NCBI GenBank assembly: GCA_963924565.1
Contig: OZ004608.1
Span: forward strand, 9,176,001-9,240,000
DNA: 64,000 nucleotides
Reading direction: 5' to 3'
Source of the DNA: Ascidiella aspersa
Taxonomy: Eukaryota
The notes beneath the pieces are model-generated. The model made no database searches. It was not told the origin of the DNA and was given only the letters and a program-made list of their open reading frames with translations. Position numbers and translations under genes: made by a program. Of this stretch, positions 25,234 through 37,100 are shown piece by piece (the first letter of the stretch is position 1; the number at the start of each line of letters is the position of its first letter).

Positions 25234-28200
25234 ATGAACGGGCGGAGGTCGCCCCTGATGGGCAAGAAACGGAACAACTTGCAGAGCCCGAGACCCTACT
25301 CTATGTTCGTCGGATCCCAGTACCTCAAGGTTTCCGACAGCTATTCGATTTCGTCCAATTCATCGGGCAACCGATCGTCCTACTGCGAGCACACTTCCAC
25401 CCCGTCGCCAAAAAGCGGAAAGTATGACGACCTGTGTAGAATGTATATACTGCTGCTGCTGTTTTTGTTTGTTGTTGCTGATGTTTTTGTTGTTGTTGGC
25501 AAGTGCGTGATTCAGACGCATTGGGATTTATATTTGTGCCTTAGTTGTTATGTAATCTGCTAAGCAGTTTACTGGATGAAAATGTATATGGCTGTCAGCC
25601 GATGCCTACTATCGAATTAAAGCTCACGCCTAAAATCAGTTACCACGTGTTTGGGAAAATCATCAGTGCCAAACGCATCACATTTAATTGTCTTGTTTAG
25701 ACCAGATCCGCCAATAGTTGTCCAAAAGTTGGGTACTGCTACTGTGCGTGATAAATAGATAAATGGGCTTCGACCATGATATTCCATTATAGCACAATCG
25801 CCGGCCTAAAGGCGATTTGGAGCGTTGATAAAGCTTATAGAAATATTTTATAAATCTTTAACAGCCCTGCCTTTTAATGTTACAAATATGTACGGTTTAA
25901 TACTGGTGTAAAAATTCTTTATAAAAGTTTGGATTTATCCACGAATTTGAATCATCCTACGATTGATTCATAGATGTTATTATTTTGAGAATGTGCCCCA
26001 GAGCAACATTAACCAAGATGAATTTTTACCATTTTCATTCGGGTTGGGTATTAAGTTAGATATACTAAAAGTGACGCGCTTTTCGTAACTTCAGAAAACA
26101 GTGTAGGCTACTGTATGGTCCCTTATACAAACTCTTTGGAACTCAATTAAGTAACCATTGATATGCATAAAGACCCTTTCCAGGATGCATAAACACTCTT
26201 TTTAAATATGTCTTATATTATAGTATATTTAGTTCCATTAAAGTACAAATTTTCACGTTGACAAAGGTATAGAATGCGGTCGCGAAGTATGCTGGAGTCG
26301 TTAATACTGCGGTCACCGACAATGGGAAAGCAATTCTTCCCAGAACGGTAGGAACGGTGAATGCGGTGCTTCAATTTAGCAATTCGGGATGGTCTTTAAT
26401 TAACCGATGCAAATTAAAATAAACAACTCGAGTATGGGGTGCTGTTGCTTACAATTGCTTATCAGCGATTACTAACTTTCCTAAACTTTTTTTTCTTTCT
26501 GGTGTTCGTTGTTTTCTTTCTTTTGCTAAATTATAATATCTTTGTACTTATATGGTTGATGAATGGTAGAGATTCTACTCGCTTTGCTTATATTGGTATG
26601 GCGAAATTAACATGTTAACAGTATTTTTATGGTGTTTTAAGGGACAGAAACGGTCTTTCAAACGATAGCCTTCAGTTGAAATTACAGCAGAGAAATAGTA
26701 GTCAGTAATGTTTACCTATACTTCTAAATATTCCTTGGTGGTCACCAAAACCAAACATTTGAACAAAAAACTGCATGTAAAAGTTGTATAAAACATGTGT
26801 TATTTTTGTGAAAGCAAAAAGGAGATTTGCTAAATCAAGGGCCAATGCGGCTCGAAATCGGTAATAAAGAATAAACTCCTGTAAATATAATTTAAATGTA
26901 ATACGAAAGGCCACAAAGAGTAAGGCCGGAATATTGGTTTGAAAGTCTACAGAGGGTAATCTCAACGTGCAGTGAAACCACGAAAATAGCACAACGAACA
27001 TAGGTTTGTGGAAAATTAAATTTCGAATATTTTCTCAGCAGGGGTCAACAATGGAACAATTAAAATCCCCACGGCCAAAACTACTTACGCATGTACTCAT
27101 TTCGGCTGTTGCATATGCCGAATATTGGCTAATTTGGCATCGTACGTTCAATCACGTCATCTTTTCCGCGAATAGCATTCGTTGGTGTGGTAGCTTCTGG
27201 GAACCAGCACGCCCACTTTGGGAATATCCTATTTGCGGACCGAGCCCGTGTCACCCGGTTAATGGTTCACTTACGCATTGAAAAGTTGCCCCCCTCCCGC
27301 TTTCCGCAAACACTCGCAATTCCAGCTTTGCGAGCAGTTTCCGCTAATTCAAACCAATTGAAAAGGTCGGGTGACGTAATTTTTATGGGGACGATGGGCA
27401 CACGCTTTAAACGGTCGACGAGCAGAACATGGAAAAGCTTAAGGGGCTCTTAACAACCGTGGATGAAACATTTTTGATACACCATAAACCCGGGTCACCA
27501 TGAACTAGTTTTCATTTGTCAAGGCTGCCTTGAAACGCAGTCGGCCTTTTACACTTGTTTAAAGATGTTTTTAAGCTTTGTAGCGCGACAACATAGTTCA
27601 AAATTACAACCAAGTCATAGTTCAAAATTACAACCAAGTCCTCGTAAAGTGCTAATGCAAACCGACAAAAGGGTATAAAGGTAATTGGAACAATGGAATT
27701 GTAAACTTTGTCTTTTATAGTGGCACAATGTTGATATGCGCATTTAATCGATTTACATACTTAGTTTCTAACCCATAGACTGACAGAGTTTCCGTTTTCT
27801 TAGTTAAATTCGGGGCGCCTCTTCCTTTTCCAAGCCCCGCTAATAATAAGGCGAGTGCCAGCAGTATACCGCCTCTGCGTTTACGAGTGTGCCGGTCGCA
27901 GTTGTTAGTTTGGGAGTTTATGTGCTGGTTTTCGTGTTCAATAGTTAGTATAGCACGTAAACTACAAATTGTGTTTTTTACCTGCTGGTGTGGTGGTTAC
28001 TTCTGGGTGCTGTATCTTAACGTGGAGTGCCGAACCCTCAACCCGATTAATATGTACGTATCAAGGAATACCGTTGTGACTTGGGCAAGATTTTGCCACT
28101 ATGATGCTCTATTTACAATTGTCGACTTGCTCGTTTGGTGTAAGCCGATCTCCTATTTCAGGGATTCGGAAAGCTTTATAGTTAATATCTAAACAACACC

Positions 28201-31200
28201 TTTACTGTACTGTATATTATACGCGCAACAAAGGTAAGGTAGGAATGGTAGCTATCTATAACTATATTACCCAATATGAATGGTGTTGCAATTGGAACGT
28301 GACTTTAACTCTTCAACTCACTCCGAAGCTAAAAGGTAAGCCTAATTCCCGCCTTTTTGCCAAACGCAGGTTGAAGCGAAACTCGAGCGCTGAGTGTTCG
28401 ACAAATTGCACAGGGGCCTTTGATAGCCTTGTGTGCAGCTTACACGCAGTTGACGTCAACGCCAACAACACGACCATTGACCTGGTGAACAGCCCGCCCT
28501 ACAGTAGCAGCAGCAAAAAGAAGTCAAATTCCCCGTGAGTATTCCTTAAAGCTTCTGTGTGGCTGGACATGTGGAGCTGGATTTTCTCAGCTGCGCAATG
28601 CTGATGATACAGTTGTGCCAGCTGTTCCGTCTGTTGTGGTAGGGCGTTATGGTATGTGGCTTGGCGCTGTGCGTTTCGTGTTGTCAGTTTGGCTGTGGAC
28701 GTGCTCTGAGTCAACGGGTGCCCTTTAGCTTGTAAGGAAATGTATCTGATCATGCACAATAAAAGGTGAGATGGTCGGACTGACATGATTTGCAACATTT
28801 CATGCGTTTATTGTTTAGTAAAAGGGCCGAAATATTGCAGGACCTACATGCAGACAGGTACCCTTGTATATTGGTTTGGTGACCACAAAATAAATATTAG
28901 GATACGGCAACTATTTTATAAAGTACTGCTCATTCTCTGCTTTAGTTACTAGGCTGTATTTTAAGACCGTTTCCGTCTTCAAAACAGCTTACAACACACT
29001 GGATAGAAATATATCGTGTGTCTAGTACAGTGTAATCTTGAAGAAGGCTGGAAAATTGCAGGAACAACGGCCCACGTATTTCGAAAAATCAAAACAACGA
29101 AGTTATTTTGTTTGTTTTAGGCAAAAGCGGATGATGCCGCCGGCTGGTCCCAGCGCGCGGACCTGGATTGTTCCCAAACAAGTCAAGTAAGTTGGACTTT
29201 AACCTTTATCCAACGGGGTAACTATCAGCTTTTATAACAGGGGTCGGCAACCTTTTTCTAGTCGCGGGCCAAAAACAACCTCAGAAAGATCTCTGCGGGC
29301 CGCACAAAATCTTAACTAAGAATTGTGTTATAAAAGTGTTAGAACAACTGTGAATCTAGGGGGCCTCGGATTGTTTTGCGCTTAAAAACGTGTTTAACTA
29401 TATTTAAGGAGGCAGTAAAGTGTTGACGCAAAGCGAAAAAAGCGTTTGTTTGGTTTAAAATTTAAGTTTACACGTCGTCATCCATACTACTAATGAAAAG
29501 TGTAATAAAACTACTTTGAGGGAACGCGATAACTTCAATGGGTAAACTTGTTTAGTGTTTGTTAAGTTCGGTCGCACCTGACGAGCGAAGCGAGCGCGTT
29601 TATTTTGGTATACTGGCATTTCTTTTAAATTTCTTACATGTTTTTATTACATTGCTGATAAGAGTAAAATGTTAAAAATATATGTGCAATATTTTGAATA
29701 CGTTTTCCGTTTGTCCGCGCCGCCCTTGTCTTTCAGGCTTTCACGCCGCAATGGTAAAGCGTGAACCTATAGTTTAAAAGACAGCATCAAAACTAAACAA
29801 ACGGGAAGTATAAAGATCATTCGCGCAAAGCTCGAAAATGTTTCTCACAAGTTAATTAAAATTGTCAAAAAGTATGTGAAATGGACTGGTATCTAGTTTT
29901 TTAAAGAGGCGGCGGGCCGGATGAATTACACTGGCGGGCCGTAGGTTGCCGACCCCTGTTTTATAACATTGGCCAGCAACAATATCACCAGTCATTTCAA
30001 AATTACAGCGTTCGAGTTACTGTAACGTATGACTTGCTGACCAAACGAAATAAGCAGGCCCAATATAATTAATACATCACGAGTGTTAAACACAAATAAA
30101 ATTATGCCAAACTGATACGTCTCGAAAAGTATCTTCGACAGGCAAAAAAACATCCATACAATTATACATGTTATTTTAACTCGCAGTAATCAGTGTTGTA
30201 AACAAATCATTTCCTAACATAAGTGCCAATCAAGTCTTTTGCAAAATAATTAAACTGCAAGTCAAGTCATGTTGTCCGAAAGATTTAAGACAATTCATTT
30301 GGAAATTGTGACTAAAATGAAGTAAAAAAGTCCAATCGTTGACTTAAGTCATTATACCACTGGTAATGATAGGCTTACCTATCTAAGACTAAAGGAAAAA
30401 AACTTGAAAAAAAACTAAAAAATGGCAGAGAAAAGGTAAAAACGTGCATTTTTTCGTTTGCAGAAAACTGCCGATCGGCGGCGTTGTGTTCGGCACCCAC
30501 ATGGGAAGGTCGGGAACCTGCTACGTATCGGTGGTGACGTCAAAGGACGAACGTGTTCTCCAGATGTACGACCGAGCCGGGATGCTTGTCAAGTCCTTTC
30601 AGACCCGCGCCACCAAGGCTGGGAAGCCCTTCGAACCCTACCAGGTGAGAGTTAACTTAATGGAGGAGTCCTGAGTAGTAGTCTTCTGCATTTTTTTTGG
30701 TCTCAGAAAACTAGAGTTTGATAAGGTTTTGATAATGGTTGGATTGATTGTATTTGTGGATCTATTTAGCTTCCCAAAAATACAACGACCGGCTCCCTGC
30801 ATATAAAAATGTTGTTTTTTGACGATTTTTGTATTTTTTGGAATTTCTTTTGTTTCAAGACGTTTAGGCCAGAGTAATTCTATAGAGTTTTAAATAAAGA
30901 TATAATTATTATTTACACAAATTCTGGCAAGCTGTGATAGTGTTAAACATCAACCGTTCAGATTTCACTTTTCTCGATATGCTCTACTCTGATCTTCCAA
31001 CAATATATTAAATTGCAATATATACTTAGCAATTGACATAGCGCAATGAAACGTGTGATGTAGTTGTATCTTCTGTATTTGTAACAAACAGACAGTAACT
31101 TGTTTTTTAAGTATTTTTTTCAAAATTTCTAACACGCGCCGTGGTTTGTTTCTTCAGATGTGTGAAACCAAAGACGGTCACATCGCGGTGGCTTGCGGTT

Positions 31201-34122
31201 CCTCGGTAACCGTTTGGTCCAAAGAAGGAAAGCTGATCACCGAACACGGAAAGAACATGTTCAAATGCGCCAAGTCGATCGCCGCACGCTCAACAGGTAA
31301 ATCGTTGTTTACTTTGTCTCGATAGGTGTAAGAAAAGGCAAGCATTGGCACTGCCGTGTTTGTCGTCGAGTTATTGTAAACGTTTACCTAATGTATCTGC
31401 CAACGTTGTAAACAATTCGTCTTTAAATGACTGAAGTCGCAATGGAGTCATTTGTAAAATACCTCAAGTTTCATTTTATATCAATTACTTGACTTGTATT
31501 TAACTTGTTCTAATAGTGACTTGACAGGGACTTAACCTGGCGAATTAATTACTTGGACTGGGACTTGACTTGTTATTTTTGCTAACGACTTGACTGGGGG
31601 AGCTTGAGTTATTTTAGAAATGACTCCATTGCGCGACTTCAGTCATTTGACCTCATTTGCACCAAGATGGAATGAGCTAGCATTCTACATTAATTTAGGG
31701 TTAGATCGAATCTTTATCGTGTCAGTGCGCTCTTGCTTTCTCTTCTTTCGCTGAACGTCTGTTGTTTGTTGTTCGTCATAAAGAGCAAACCAACAAAGGA
31801 TTTTGTACGTGACATACGGTAAATGGTACAAGGAGGCAAAATCAATTTTACACGTTTTGTGGGGTAATACTAATTTACGGAATGATGAATGGTCGGAATG
31901 GTCGGAACGCTCAGTAATTTAAGTGTAACCCCGTTAAAACAATTATTAAACCAACGCACAACATTTGGGTTAGGGTGGGGGTTAGCGTTTGGGTGAAGGT
32001 GGGTCAAGTGTTATTATATTTAATAATAATACTGTAAGCGTTCCGACCATTCCGACCATTCATCATTCCGTAAATTAGTGTTACCCCGTTTTGTGTAGAG
32101 TTTGCAAAACATGCGCTATAAAAACCTTTGTGTTATAAACGTTAATTATATATTATGAGCGAAAATATACCGTTCAACAGAAACTTGTATTATAAGATTT
32201 GCGTGTTCTTAAAAGTTGGTAGTTTGCATTTAAAACAAGGAGGCATGTAAAGCAGTTTGCACAAATTGACTGTTTTTAATTTTACGTGAAATACATTTAT
32301 CGATATTTGTCATATATTTTGTTACACGACCTTGATAACTGCAGTCCGGGTGCCTGTCTCTGTTTTCAATCCAAGTGGTTACACATAAAAACGGCATATG
32401 GGAAGGGTCAACAACCATCAAGCTGTTTACTTTTCCTGTTAACAATCAATATTACAAATCCGTATTGAGTGTTTAGCACCTGTCGCAATACATTTAATAT
32501 GTTTTGATTTATTCGGACTGTAGCATTGTTTGCTAAGTTTTCCCTTTTGTTCACTTCTCTGTGTACACCACAAAAACGTACAAAACATACTAACCCTTAT
32601 AGCTTTATTGTGGAGAAAAGCCTACATTGCTCTTAACGACGCTAAGCAGTATTGATTGTAGGCCTGTATTTTTTGCGATATTGTAGAAATTTAGATCAAT
32701 CCTAATGTGGTTAGTAGAGATGTCCGGTTTAAGTGGATCAGGACCGATACCCGATGCCAAGTGGTAGTATCGCTACTCGTCCGATACTCGGTTGGCATCG
32801 TTGCATATCCGACACCAAATTGATATAGGAATTTCCGGCATGATTTCTGATTTAAAATTTGAAAGGTTAAAAACTAATATAGGTTGACAATATAAGGTAA
32901 CTGAACTTTTTAACCTTCAAGCAAATTTCGGCCTTATAACCTGTTAAACTGTTTCATTTTCTTTATTTTGCTAGTTTGGGCATAGTAATGACGTCGTATG
33001 ATATCGGGTAAAATATTTTACTTATCTAATAAGTCAAGTCAAGTCATTTAAAAACAGTGACTTAAGTGCAAGTCTTTAAAACACTGGAACTTACCTATTG
33101 TTGTTGTTAACGCAGGTGAAATCATAGTAACCGACACCGACAACAACGCGGTTAAGATCATTTCCTCCAACGGTCAGCTGATCTCGCGACTCCAGGGCGA
33201 CTTCTACTGTCCGGTAGGTGTCAGTGTTGACAGTGACGACAACATTATCGTGGTCGATTGGAAGGATCGAATATGGGTGAGTGGCTTAACGAGTAAAATG
33301 TGTTCTAAAGATACGATTACAGCAGCTGTGTAAATCTATTGTATTAAAAATGATGTTTTAAACAAAAATTAACGCTTTTTGGACGGAATTGAATAAGCTG
33401 GGCATATTTTATTTAATTTTTTTATTAACATGAGCACAGTCAAGTGACTTAGCCAAAGTCTTAAGTCACCTATTAGAAAAATGGCTTGGCGCAATCAAAA
33501 ATGGCTCGTTGGCGTAATTCATTATAGTATTATTACCCTACAACGTCGTTGTTTTTTTGCAAAACCCCATTCTCCGGGTCCTTCCGTAAAAGGATTTTGT
33601 TTAAGAAAAAAAAATATTTTCCCAGATTCTATATATTTTATCGTTTATAGTGTGGGTCAAAATTCCCATAAAAGGATTATTTTGCGAATTTTTCCAACTG
33701 AAAAAACCATATTCCTTCGATATTCAAAAAAATGATTTTCTAGTTATGAAAATTATCTTAATTTTTTTTTGTTTTTGAAGTAAAGCAAAAACGAACATTT
33801 TCTTTCTTTTCAGATCTTCGACGAGGAGAACACCCTGGTGCGCACTTTCGGCACCAAAGGCGGCGCCGATGGCGAGGTCGACCTGCCCTACGGCGTCAGT
33901 GTGGACAGCGAGAACAACCTAGTGCTGGCCGACATGTGGAACAACCGTATATCGGTCTTCACGCGTGAAGGCCAATTCCTACGTCACCTGATTCCGGACC
34001 CGAGCCAGTCGGCGGTCCGTCTTCCCTGCTCGGTTTCTGTATCGCTGGGCAAGCACCCCGACGACTACCGCATGTCGGCCACCACCTTTAGCGGCACCGC
34101 CGTCTACCTGTTTACTTACTAG
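25234..34122 (+). CDS. NHL-repeat beta-propeller protein (TRIM-NHL-like C-terminal domain, no RING/B-box), about 402 aa
   Basis: Exons 25234-25421, 28370-28534, 29121-29186, 30464-30644, 31158-31296, 33116-33276, 33814-34122; GT-AG, phase-consistent, 1209 nt. NHL signatures: GEIIVTDTDNNAVKII, FYCPVGVSVDSDDNIIVVD, FGTKGGADGEVDLPYGVSVDSENNLVLADMWNNRISVFTREGQFLR. The exon-1 donor position is the least certain. Confidence 0.85.
27592..27640. repeat. 24-bp perfect tandem duplication
   Basis: catagttcaaaattacaaccaagt x2. Confidence 0.85.
29238..29958. mobile_element. Young non-autonomous hAT element (721 bp)
   Basis: Perfect 16-bp TIR caggggtcggcaacct / aggttgccgacccctg; perfect 8-bp TSD ttttataa (29230-29237, 29959-29966); GCGGGCC subterminal repeats. 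Confidence 0.92.
30191..30362. mobile_element. GACTT-repeat MITE family copy
   Basis: cagtgttgtaaacaa...taccactg; left part is the reverse complement of 57660-57728. Confidence 0.6.
30464..30644 (+). CDS. NHL protein exon 4
   Basis: ttgcag|A...CAG|gtgaga; KLPIGGVVFG...KPFEPYQ. Confidence 0.85.
31158..31296 (+). CDS. NHL protein exon 5
   Basis: cttcag|ATG...ACAG|gtaaat; MCETKDGHIAVAC...SIAARST. Confidence 0.85.
31425..31648. repeat. Inverted repeat with about 45-bp arms enclosing GACTT repeats
   Basis: aaatgactgaagtcgcaatggagtcatttgtaaaata / tattttagaaatgactccattgcgcgacttcagtcattt. Confidence 0.75.
31862..32086. mobile_element. Foldback MITE with about 50-bp TIRs and 9-bp TSD (Mutator-like)
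   Basis: TIR gggtaatactaatttacggaatgatgaatggtcggaatggtcggaacgct nearly perfectly inverted at the right end; direct repeat cgttttgtg at 31853-31861 and 32087-32095. Confidence 0.88.
33031..33086. mobile_element. GACTT-repeat MITE terminal fragment
   Basis: aagtcaagtcaagtcatttaaaaacagtgacttaagtgcaagtctttaaaacactg. Confidence 0.55.
33116..33276 (+). CDS. NHL protein exon 6
   Basis: acgcag|GT...TGG|gtgagt; GEIIVTDTDNN...DWKDRIW. Confidence 0.9.
33814..34122 (+). CDS. NHL protein last exon
   Basis: tttcag|ATC...TAG; canonical NHL repeat. Confidence 0.9.
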   Translation: MFDEENTLVRTFGTKGGADGEVDLPYGVSVDSENNLVLADMWNNRISVFTREGQFLRHLIPDPSQSAVRLPCSVSVSLGKHPDDYRMSATTFSGTAVYLFTY

Positions 34123-37100
34123 CGGACGCCGGTGTTGTGATCGCCTTGCCGCCAGGTGCTGACAGAGAGCCGATGTGAAAATGTGGCGTTGTTGTTGCTG
34201 AAAGCTGCGCCCAACCTCGGTTTGAGCAACTCGCGAGACACTGTAACGCATCCTTGCCCTGAAAATGAAGCACGATATCCCTGATGATAGTGTAACGCAT
34301 CCTCGCCTATCGTAATGTTCTGGCAATAATCGTTCTTGCCAATCTTTGATAGTTAACATCTTCTAAAACATCAGAACTTTAGCGTGATGCAGACTTTCAA
34401 ATGAAGCAAGATACCCCTTAATGACAGTCCTACATCATGTGATGATAAACTAACACTGCTGATCTATAGATGCGCATGTATTTTCAGTAGTGCGTCTTAT
34501 AAAAAGCAAAATGCTGCCTAAAATAAGATGAAATTTCGATAAAAGGCTCGCATTTTGAATGCCTCTTATCTGAGTATGCCTGTCACAATTTTAAGGGCCT
34601 TTTGTCATCTTCTGTAAACCTGACTAAAAGTCGAACATTGTATAGTAATAATTTCTTGCGCCAAATATTAGAGCATAACAAACACTTTTTGTCATTCCAA
34701 CACATAGACACAGCTGTACAATCAAGTCAGTCCGTTTTTATTTTCTAAGTGCATAAAGTTTACGACTGTTATTTTTTTTTCAATCATGCATCAAGCCATT
34801 GCAAGTTTTTCGTTACGTTCCTTTTTCCTTTTTTGTATTTTTGTGATTTTTGTGATATATTTATAAAACGGCGCCTTTATAATGCGTGTAGTTGTTGCTG
34901 ATCCTGAAGTTTCTCTCGCGTCTCCGCAAACTGATTCAAATACAACGGCGATATTAAGATGATTTTGGAAACTCTAAAAAAATGTTTTAGTTTCTAGCTT
35001 GGTGATTCTTAATTCGTGTGTCTGACTCGGGAGATTTTCAAATGAGTCTTGAAAAACTTTGGCAATCTTAACAAAAACATTCCTATTACAAATAGGCAGA
35101 CAAACGTGCGAGACTTAGAACTTTTGTTAAGTCGCGAAACACGTGTGTGTAATTTTAGGAATAAAAAATCAAAACTAAAGTTCATATTAATGTATTAAAA
35201 TAAACAACAACAAAAAAGGGTTTTTCATTGACTTTCAGATTTTCTAAGTGCGATATCTGGGCCCGTTAGGATAAGTACAAAATTAATACTTAAGCTGTAT
35301 TGTATACTTCGCAATTACAATCTTATTATCACACATCGAGTATTATTATTAGACAACAATAAATAGATAAAATGAAGACGTAACATTTTTAACTGTTGAT
35401 AGCTTGCATAAAACAAAAGCTACCTACTTCCATTGTGTTAAACCAGTGATTTTGGACAGTTTTTTACGGAACAATAGTTAAGCTGAAACATTTCTTGCGA
35501 AACACCGGTTGAAAATTAGTGCATTAGTTAACTGATAACATAAGGTTATTTACCTAATGCCTTTTCGTGTGGTTGGCTTTGTTTTTAAGTTAGAATTGTA
35601 CCGAATTTTTGATTGCCTTTGTGTGCCGCCATGCCTAAAAAGTTTGAAACATACTTGTCTACTGCGAAAAAGTGATGTTCAGCTTTGTAAGATGCTAACA
35701 TCTGGTTTCGACTTATTTCTAAGTATTATATATAGTTTAATTCGGTTCCCGGAGTGTCACGAGTGAAGGCCCTTATTATAAAGCAATGTACAATAGCAGG
35801 TGTCCCATTGATAACAATACTTAAAAATAGAATTTGTTGATGAATAGGTATAGGCAAATGTATTGAAGGTCTCTTTGTTGGGACCACCAATCATGAAAGG
35901 ATAAGTATTACCACTATATTTGTACCTCTGAATAAACTTGTGTTTTTAAAGCCATCGTCGAGAAATCTATTTTGGTTTAATTTACAGTTTCCCAAGCCAT
36001 AATGTCACCTCGAAGATTACAAACCCCCAAAATGAAACATTTAGGACTAGGTGATCCAGACCAACACCGCACACTGCCTTTGGCGAGGCTATACCGCGCA
36101 CCCCAATTTTACTCAAAATCGCCAAACAAACCCTTAAAACAATCAAAGATCGCAAAACGACCTAAAAATATTCAAAGTTCGCAAACTAACCTTTAGAATT
36201 GGATATTTGACCCGGAGAACCTCAGTGAATTACGCCGGTTTGTTTGAACACTCTCCCCACCACACACATATCACCTCTCCCCATCTCTCGCGCTTCGCGT
36301 TTGGCAAACCCAGTAATCGCGGTTAAGCCGTCTCGCGAGTGTGTTGCCAAACGCCGGGCCAATGCGAGAAAGTATATCCACCGACTGGCTACACAGCCGG
36401 GCCTTCCATTCAATCCTCAAATCATACCATTGTTCCTTTAGCATTACAATGGCCGGCGAGCACAAGCGCCCTGAACAATGCCATCGCGTCGTTCGTGTTT
36501 TACTCTTTCTACGAGGCCCCTTCGTTACCGAGTCGGTGGAGGTTCAGCTTACACCGGCCGCTAAACAGAGCCTGGCCCACTTTTCTCGGCCGCTTTTTGT
36601 GCGTATTTTTGCAGCTTTACACCTAACCCTGCAACTCCGACAAGCGGCCCGTTAACCCTGCAACTCCGAAAAGCGGCCCGCCAAATTTTTTTTCACGTTA
36701 GTTAAATTTTCTTCACCTTGCCCTTTTGTTATTGTAGGCGCAAAAAGTCTAGAAAATTGGTCTGAAAAAGCGAGCCGGCCCCTTTCTAAAGCGGCCACAA
36801 ATTCTGGCCGCGGTGGGAATACAATTGAATTGCGTCACGGCGTTGTCGTATCAGCCCGTCGAGATGTGCACACGCGGAAATGTAGCTTGTTGGCATTACT
36901 ACACAGCCCCCCTTGTATATCGAACGAAGCGGTGCGTTAGGGCGAGTGGGCAGCCGGCCACGGAACAAGATCTGTCATCGGGTGAAACAGTCGAGCGAGA
37001 GGGTTTGTAGTTTTGCCCCCAGGATATTACGTCTGTCAACTAGCAACACAGTAACAGAGAGAGTTATATCTCTGAGAAGGGGCACAGAAATGTATACAAC

